This document shows, one piece after another, positions 29,482 through 34,956 of a stretch of DNA of 34,956 nucleotides. How positions within the stretch are numbered: position 1 is the stretch's first letter; each line of letters starts with the position of its first letter. The translations under genes and the position numbers were made by a program. Origin of the DNA: Thermoleophilia bacterium (lineage in GTDB: Bacteria > Actinomycetota > Thermoleophilia > Gaiellales > Gaiellaceae); assembly GCA_031413935.1 (NCBI GenBank), contig JANOFZ010000118.1:1-34956 (forward strand), written 5' to 3'. The notes beneath the pieces are model-generated. The model did not search any database and was not told the origin of the DNA. It worked only from the letters and a program-made list of their open reading frames with translations.

Positions 29482-30369
29482 ATGAGAGACCTGATCCACG
29501 TCAGCGACGAGGTACGGGCCGCACTCGAGGAGGAGCGCGCCGTCGTCGCGCTCGAAACAACGCTCGTCGCGCACGGGTTTCCGGCGCCGGACGGGGTGGC
29601 GACGGGTTTGGCGAGCGAGGCCGCCGTACGTGCAGCGGGTGCCATCCCCGCCACGATCGGGGTGCTGGACGGTCAGATCCGGATCGGGCTCGCACCAGAC
29701 GAGCTCGAACGGTTCACACCGGACGCCCGGAAGCTCGGTCCCCGCGATCTCGCCGTCTGCGCCGTGCAGCGGGCGGTCGGTGCGACGACCGTAGGAGGGA
29801 CGCTCACTGCAGCAGCCGCCGTCGGGATCCGTTTCATGGGCACCGGGGGCCTCGGGGGCGTGCACCGGGGCTTTCCCTCACCCCCCGATGTCTCTGCCGA
29901 CCTCGCTGCCGCAGCGCGAATCCCGGCCGTGATCGCCTCATCGGGCATCAAGTCCCTTCTTGACGTCCCCGCGACGATGGAGTTGCTGGAAACGCTCGGC
30001 GTCCCCGTGATCGGTTTCGGCACCGACACGCTCCCACTCTTCTACAACGCTGCCGGGGGGCCGCCCGTATCGGCCCGCGTCGATGACGTCGAAGAGCTCG
30101 CACGGCTCGCCGAGGCGCACTGGAGCCTCGGTGGCAACGCGCTTCTCGTCGGTCGACCACCAAAGGAGAGCCTCGACGTCACGCCCCTGATCGAGGAGGC
30201 CGTTGCTGCGGCGACAGCCGCGGGCGCGACCGGCCAGGCGGTGACACCGTTCGTGCTCGCATACCTGCACGAACACTCCGACGGCGAGACACGCCGTGTG
30301 AACCGCGACCTGATCGTCGACAACGCCGGCCTTGCCGGTGCCATCGCCGCCGCCCACGCAACCCTCTGA
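29482..30369 (+). CDS. psuG: Pseudouridine-5'-phosphate glycosidase (PsuG/IndA family)
   Basis: VALETT..AHG, ATTV, TGGLGGVHRG, DVSADL, GIKSLLD, G.AVTPFVL. Confidence 0.95.
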   Translation: MRDLIHVSDEVRAALEEERAVVALETTLVAHGFPAPDGVATGLASEAAVRAAGAIPATIGVLDGQIRIGLAPDELERFTPDARKLGPRDLAVCAVQRAVGATTVGGTLTAAAAVGIRFMGTGGLGGVHRGFPSPPDVSADLAAAARIPAVIASSGIKSLLDVPATMELLETLGVPVIGFGTDTLPLFYNAAGGPPVSARVDDVEELARLAEAHWSLGGNALLVGRPPKESLDVTPLIEEAVAAATAAGATGQAVTPFVLAYLHEHSDGETRRVNRDLIVDNAGLAGAIAAAHATL

Positions 30370-30381
30370 GGAGACCTCGCC

Positions 30382-31428
30382 ATGAGCCTCTACGACAGCG
30401 TTCGAGACCTGCCGCTCACCGTTGCACGCTACGACCTCGATGGCCTCGAGCAGCAGGTCTCGAGTGGCTTCCTGCGCAAGACGACGGTGATTCGCCTGGA
30501 GGGGGTGGGCGAGGAGGGCCTCGGCGAGGATGTCACCTATGAGGCGACCGAGCACGATCTCGCCCAGTCGCAGGGGCCCGTGCACGCCCTCGGCGGCGAG
30601 TGGACGCTCGACACCTTCTCGCAACATCTCGACACGCTCGAGCTGTTCGACCACGAGCCTGAACAGCACGCCTATCTCGACTACCGACGCTGGGCGTACG
30701 AGAGCGCCGCGCTCGACCTCGCGCTCCGCCAGGCGGGACTGTCGCTCGGCGCCGCTGTCGGCAGGCAGCCCGAGCCGCTGACGTTCGTCGTCTCGATGCG
30801 CCTCGGAGAGCCCGCAACAACCGAGCGCCTTAACGCCTGGCTCGCCCACTATCCGGGGCTCCGATTCAAGCTCGACGCGACCCCGGACTGGTCGGAGGAG
30901 CTGATCGCGGAGCTCGCCGCCACGGGCGCCGTCGACTCGGTCGACTTCAAGGGTCAGTACCGCGGCACGAGCGTCGACACCGTGCCCGACGCTGCTCTGT
31001 ACGAGCGGATCGTCGCGGGTCTCCCCCACGCCTGGCTCGAGGATCCTGCGCTCACCCCCGAGACACTGGCTGTTCTCGAGCCGGAGAACGGCCGCGTCAC
31101 CTGGGATGCGGTGATCCACTCGGTGGCCGATATCGAGGGTCTCCGCTGGCCGCCGCGCACGGTCAACATCAAGCCGTCGCGCTTCGGTTCCGTGGCGAAG
31201 CTCTTCGGCGCCTACGACCATTGCGCCGCGCAGGGAATCGGCGCGTATGGCGGCGGACAATTCGAGCTCGGAGTCGGCCGCGACCAGATCCAGCTGCTCG
31301 CAGCACTCTTCCATCCCGGAACACCGAACGACGTCGCCCCGGGAGGGTTCAACATGGATCCCCAGGCAGGGCTGCCGACCAGTCCGCTCACGGTCGTCGC
31401 GCGCGCAACCGGTTTCGCGACCCAGTAA
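30382..31428 (+). CDS. Enolase-superfamily (MLE/OSBS-like) protein of unknown substrate
   Basis: G.GE N-terminal cap, FKLD, VDFKG, WLEDP, TWDA, NIKPSRFG, GGQFELG; GAGGAG RBS. Confidence 0.75.
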   Translation: MSLYDSVRDLPLTVARYDLDGLEQQVSSGFLRKTTVIRLEGVGEEGLGEDVTYEATEHDLAQSQGPVHALGGEWTLDTFSQHLDTLELFDHEPEQHAYLDYRRWAYESAALDLALRQAGLSLGAAVGRQPEPLTFVVSMRLGEPATTERLNAWLAHYPGLRFKLDATPDWSEELIAELAATGAVDSVDFKGQYRGTSVDTVPDAALYERIVAGLPHAWLEDPALTPETLAVLEPENGRVTWDAVIHSVADIEGLRWPPRTVNIKPSRFGSVAKLFGAYDHCAAQGIGAYGGGQFELGVGRDQIQLLAALFHPGTPNDVAPGGFNMDPQAGLPTSPLTVVARATGFATQ

Positions 31429-31439
31429 GCTCTCGCGCT

Positions 31440-32807
31440 ATGCGTGACCGCGAGGCCGCCGTAGCTCGTCTTTCCGCCGCGTTTTCCGGCAGCGTCCACC
31501 TGCCCGAAAGCGACGGCTACGACGAGGCGAGGGTCTCTTTCAACGGCATGATCGACCGCCGACCGGCACTCATAGCACGATGCCTCTCAGCCCGGGACGT
31601 GGAGCTTGCGGTGCGGTGCGCGGTCGATCTCGATCTCCCGATCTCGGTTCGGGGCGGCGGCCACAGCGTCGCCGGCCACGGCATCGGAGAAGGAGCTCTG
31701 ATGGTCGACCTATCGGCGATGCGCGAGGTCTCGATCGATTCCGACCGCCGGATCGCACGGGTCGCTGGAGGATGTCTGTGGGACGACGTCGACGCGGCGG
31801 CACACGCCGTCGGGCTCGCGGTTCCCGGAGGGACGTACGGCGACACCGGAGTCGGAGGTCTCACTGTCGGCGGAGGGCTCGGCTGGCTCCTCGGCACCGC
31901 TGCTCTGACGTGCGACAACCTCGTGCGTGCCGAGGTGGTCACCGCCACCGGCGAATCGGTGGTCGCAGGCGCGGACGGCGACCGGGAGCTGCTCTGGGCA
32001 CTGCGAGGCGGCGGCGGCAACTTTGGCGTCGTGACGCAGTTCGAGTTCGCCCTGCATGAGCGAGGGCCCATGCTTGGCGGGTACGTCCGGTTCGCGGCCG
32101 ACGACATCCCGGTCGTTCTCTCCTACGTGTCCTCGCTCGCCCGCGAGATGCCCGACGAGCTCGTCCTCATGCCGTGGATCGGGACGTGGGACGGGGCAGA
32201 GGAGGTCACATGCAACGTCGGGGTCGCCTACGCAGGGAGCCCGACGGATGGTGCAGCGCTTCTCGCCGAGCTGCGCTCCGCGCGGCAGCCGGTGAGCGAC
32301 GAGATCGGTTCGATGAGCTATCTCGAGATCCAGGCGATGAACGGCCGCCTGCCCTTCGGGCTACGCAACTACTGGAAGAGCCATTTCGTGCCCGAGCTCG
32401 ACGCCGTGGCGATCGGGATCGTTGCCGACGCGGCCGCGGCGCGTCCTGTCGGCGTCAGCGGCATTCTGCTCGAGTGCCTCTCGGGTGCCGCACGCCGTGT
32501 TCCCGATGAAAGCGCCGCCTTCGGACAACGCCAGGCCGGCTGGAACGTGAGTCCGCTCGCGATCTGGAGCGACTCTGCAGACGACGACACGATGATCTCG
32601 TGGGCAAGAGCGACGACCGCGGCGCTCGAGCCCCTCTCACCGAACGGCGGCTACATCAACTACGGGTCGCACGACGAGCCGGAGCGTGCATTGGCCGTGT
32701 ACGGGCATCGCCGCCTGGCCCGCCTCCGAGCGGTGAAGGCGTGTTACGACCCCGAAAACCGATTCAGGTTCAACCTCAACATCCCACCAGACCTCCCAGC
32801 TGATTGA
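31440..32807 (+). CDS. FAD-linked oxidoreductase (FAD_binding_4 + BBE domain)
   Basis: RGGGHS covalent-FAD motif, GVGGLT.GGG.G, WALRGGGGNFGVVT, YINY, K..YDPENRF..N. Confidence 0.92.
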   Translation: MRDREAAVARLSAAFSGSVHLPESDGYDEARVSFNGMIDRRPALIARCLSARDVELAVRCAVDLDLPISVRGGGHSVAGHGIGEGALMVDLSAMREVSIDSDRRIARVAGGCLWDDVDAAAHAVGLAVPGGTYGDTGVGGLTVGGGLGWLLGTAALTCDNLVRAEVVTATGESVVAGADGDRELLWALRGGGGNFGVVTQFEFALHERGPMLGGYVRFAADDIPVVLSYVSSLAREMPDELVLMPWIGTWDGAEEVTCNVGVAYAGSPTDGAALLAELRSARQPVSDEIGSMSYLEIQAMNGRLPFGLRNYWKSHFVPELDAVAIGIVADAAAARPVGVSGILLECLSGAARRVPDESAAFGQRQAGWNVSPLAIWSDSADDDTMISWARATTAALEPLSPNGGYINYGSHDEPERALAVYGHRRLARLRAVKACYDPENRFRFNLNIPPDLPAD

Positions 32808-32811
32808 TTCG

Positions 32812-33099
32812 TCACGTCTCGAGCGACGCGAGCAGCGCGTCGACCGAAACGAGCGGCAGCGACTCGATCTTCGAGCTGCCCCGCGCTCCCAGCGCGACGG
32901 AGACCTTCGCGACCGTGAGGTCGTCGGGCGCCTCGACGACGTTGACGAAGTCGTAGGCGCCGAGCGATGCCCACTGGTGGAGGATCTTCGCCCCGAGCTC
33001 CTCGACGTCGCGGTTGACCTCGCGGACGCGCGCGGGGTTCGAGTTCAGTGTCTGTACGCCCTTCTCGGTCAGGGTCGTCAGCATCAGGTACAGCGCCAT
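32812..33099 (-). CDS. GYD domain protein
   Basis: MALYLML...LGAYDFV.VVEAPD; AGGAGG RBS before ATG 33099. Confidence 0.88.
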   Translation of the reverse strand: MALYLMLTTLTEKGVQTLNSNPARVREVNRDVEELGAKILHQWASLGAYDFVNVVEAPDDLTVAKVSVALGARGSSKIESLPLVSVDALLASLET

Positions 33100-33139
33100 G
33101 TCTCCTCCTAGGGTCGATTCGCGGTGCAGCCTCTGGAGC

Positions 33140-33859
33140 CTACTTCGCGGCGCCGTGCTCGGCACGACGTGTCGCAAGCCGCTCCTCGCGGGTTGTCCCC
33201 ACACGAGCACGCAGGTCGACGAAGAGCAGCGCAGCGCCGAGGAAGAGCACAGGCCCGAGCACCGTGTCGGCGAGGAAGATCGCGACCCGCACCGTGTTGT
33301 CGGCCTGCTGCCGGAGCAGGAACCCCATCGCCAGTCGCACGAGGCCGAACATGATCACGAGGGTCGCGAGACCGGCGAGCGCGTGCACGAGGTCGGCTCG
33401 CGCAACCTCGACCGAGCGCCGAACGGCGTCGAGCGGCGAGCGCTCCTCTATCACGATCGCGGGCACGGCATTGCCAAGGAGCGCCAGCACGACGACGGCG
33501 GCAAGAGCGAACCACGGGAACAGGAATGCAGCGGGCAGGAAGACGACGATCCCGACGACGATCGCCAACACCCACGTCCGGGCGGACGGACGGGTCTCGC
33601 CGACGAGTGCTGCGCCGACGGCGTACGCCGCGCTGAAGAACGGTGCGGCAACGAGCAGCACGGTGATCCGCCCCGCCAGGTCGAGCTCGAACGACGCCTG
33701 ATCTGCGACAGCGACGACGAGGCCAAGCGGGAGCGCCACCCAGAAATGCTGTCCGTAGACCTGCAGCGTCTCCGCAACGAGCTGACCAACGGTGCGGGCG
33801 ACCGGGGAGAGCGGGGCAGGCCGTGGGTCACTCGAGGACGGGTATCGCGGGCGGGCCAT
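33140..33859 (-). CDS. Hypothetical multi-pass membrane protein
   Basis: About 6 TM helices, RTVGQLVAET, DAVRRS, LFVDLRAR; TACGGT 8 nt upstream of the ATG. Confidence 0.78.
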   Translation of the reverse strand: MARPRYPSSSDPRPAPLSPVARTVGQLVAETLQVYGQHFWVALPLGLVVAVADQASFELDLAGRITVLLVAAPFFSAAYAVGAALVGETRPSARTWVLAIVVGIVVFLPAAFLFPWFALAAVVVLALLGNAVPAIVIEERSPLDAVRRSVEVARADLVHALAGLATLVIMFGLVRLAMGFLLRQQADNTVRVAIFLADTVLGPVLFLGAALLFVDLRARVGTTREERLATRRAEHGAAK

Positions 33860-33876
33860 CGAGCAAGACCGTACCG

Positions 33877-34428
33877 TCAGCGCTTGGCGACGGCGGCGAG
33901 TGCCTCGAGGAGCACCGGCACGACCGCACCGAGCGCCTCGAGCGCCTCCTCGACGCGCCAGTCGACCCGTGCGTCTTCAACCAAGTTCGAGATCGCCCGC
34001 ACCTCGACCGCTGGCACGTCGGCGAGCTGACAGGCACGCAGCACGGCAAAGCCCTCCATCGCTTCGACGGCGCACTCGCTCGTGCCCCCCACGCGGGCCG
34101 TGGTGCCGATAGTGATCGGCGCTACTCCCACACAAGCGGCAGCCAAAGCGACGAGCGCAGGATCAGCGACGACCAAGCGCGTCCCAAGCCGCAGTGTTGG
34201 CGGTCGGTCCTCGTAAACCGCCTCGCTACCTACCACAATCGCCCCAATCGGAAATCCACTACCCCGGCGCGCGCCCGCTATCCCGGCGTGGAGTACAGCG
34301 CGCGGGCGCTCGTCGGACAGCGCCGCGGCTACTGTCGCTGCTGCATCGACGGGGCCGACGCCGCAAACAAGGCCGTTCTGCCCGCAAAGCTCTCGCTCCG
34401 TCGCAGCGACGAGAAGGACGTCATGCAT
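33877..34428 (-). CDS. mqnB: Futalosine hydrolase MqnB-like nucleosidase (PNP_UDP_1 fold)
   Basis: [36 protein letters not shown]. Confidence 0.75.
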   Translation of the reverse strand: MHDVLLVAATERELCGQNGLVCGVGPVDAAATVAAALSDERPRAVLHAGIAGARRGSGFPIGAIVVGSEAVYEDRPPTLRLGTRLVVADPALVALAAACVGVAPITIGTTARVGGTSECAVEAMEGFAVLRACQLADVPAVEVRAISNLVEDARVDWRVEEALEALGAVVPVLLEALAAVAKR

Positions 34429-34445
34429 CGTCCGATCCTACGGGA

Positions 34446-34895
34446 TCAGGCGACGGGTTCGGCCGCAGCAACCGACTCAACCTCGAACCGGATCGCCTCA
34501 CCGTCAACGACAGCGTGCAATGCCGTTCCGTCGCCGAACCGTCCTTCCAGCAGCTCGAGGGCGAGCGGATTCTCGACGAGCCGCTGGATCGCTCGCTTCA
34601 GTGGACGGGCGCCGAAAGCGGGATCCCAACCGGTCTCGGCGATCAGCTCGACCGCTTCAGGCGAGAGCTCGAGCGTGATCTGCCGCTCCGCGAGCCGCCC
34701 CCGAAGCCGCTCGAGCTGGAGGCCGACGATCGCGGCGATCTGCTCGCGGTCGAGCGGTGCGAAGACGACGATCTCATCGACGCGGTTGATGAACTCGGGC
34801 CGGAAGTGCTCGAGCAGCTGTGCGTCCGACCGGATGTTCGAGGTCATGATCACGACCGTGTTCCGGAAGTCGACCGTGCGGCCTTGACCATCCGT
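34446..34895 (-). CDS. clpB: ClpB/ClpC AAA+ chaperone, C-terminal part only
   Basis: [51 protein letters not shown]; similarity stops abruptly at about 34896. Confidence 0.88.
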   Translation of the reverse strand, partial: TDGQGRTVDFRNTVVIMTSNIRSDAQLLEHFRPEFINRVDEIVVFAPLDREQIAAIVGLQLERLRGRLAERQITLELSPEAVELIAETGWDPAFGARPLKRAIQRLVENPLALELLEGRFGDGTALHAVVDGEAIRFEVESVAAAEPVA

Positions 34896-34956
34896 GCGAC
34901 CCCGTCCGCGGCAAGGTCGCGTGGCGCACGCTGCTCTCCGGCGATCGGACGCCGAC

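Overview
High-GC housekeeping region. Gene content and order point to a deep-branching actinobacterium, probably Thermoleophilia/Gaiellales-like (inference, no database search). The minus strand carries the conserved backbone ROK-rsmI-(M23)-metG-tatD-rsmA-ispE-tRNA-Gln-glmU-prs-rplY-pth-mfd-PPIase-mazG-eno-pyk-ftsB-DUF501. It is followed by small membrane ORFs and an envelope/cytochrome c maturation operon (Lit/DUF1461, GDPD, L,D-transpeptidase, TlpA, CcmH, CcdA). The right third has LCP, FmdB, a GT-C glycosyltransferase, a PfkB-psuG-enolase-like-FAD oxidase cluster, GYD, an MqnB-like gene and a ClpB 3' fragment. I see no mobile element, CRISPR or defence system. The main unexplained signals are non-coding: three structured intergenic regions sharing a CTCAGGG motif (one a tandem duplicated hairpin unit with a sigma28-like promoter), widespread leaderless TANNNT promoters (three built from the upstream stop codon), bidirectional -10 boxes, and a 236-nt M23/metG overlap. 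Some base-call errors and a chimeric right end are suspected.
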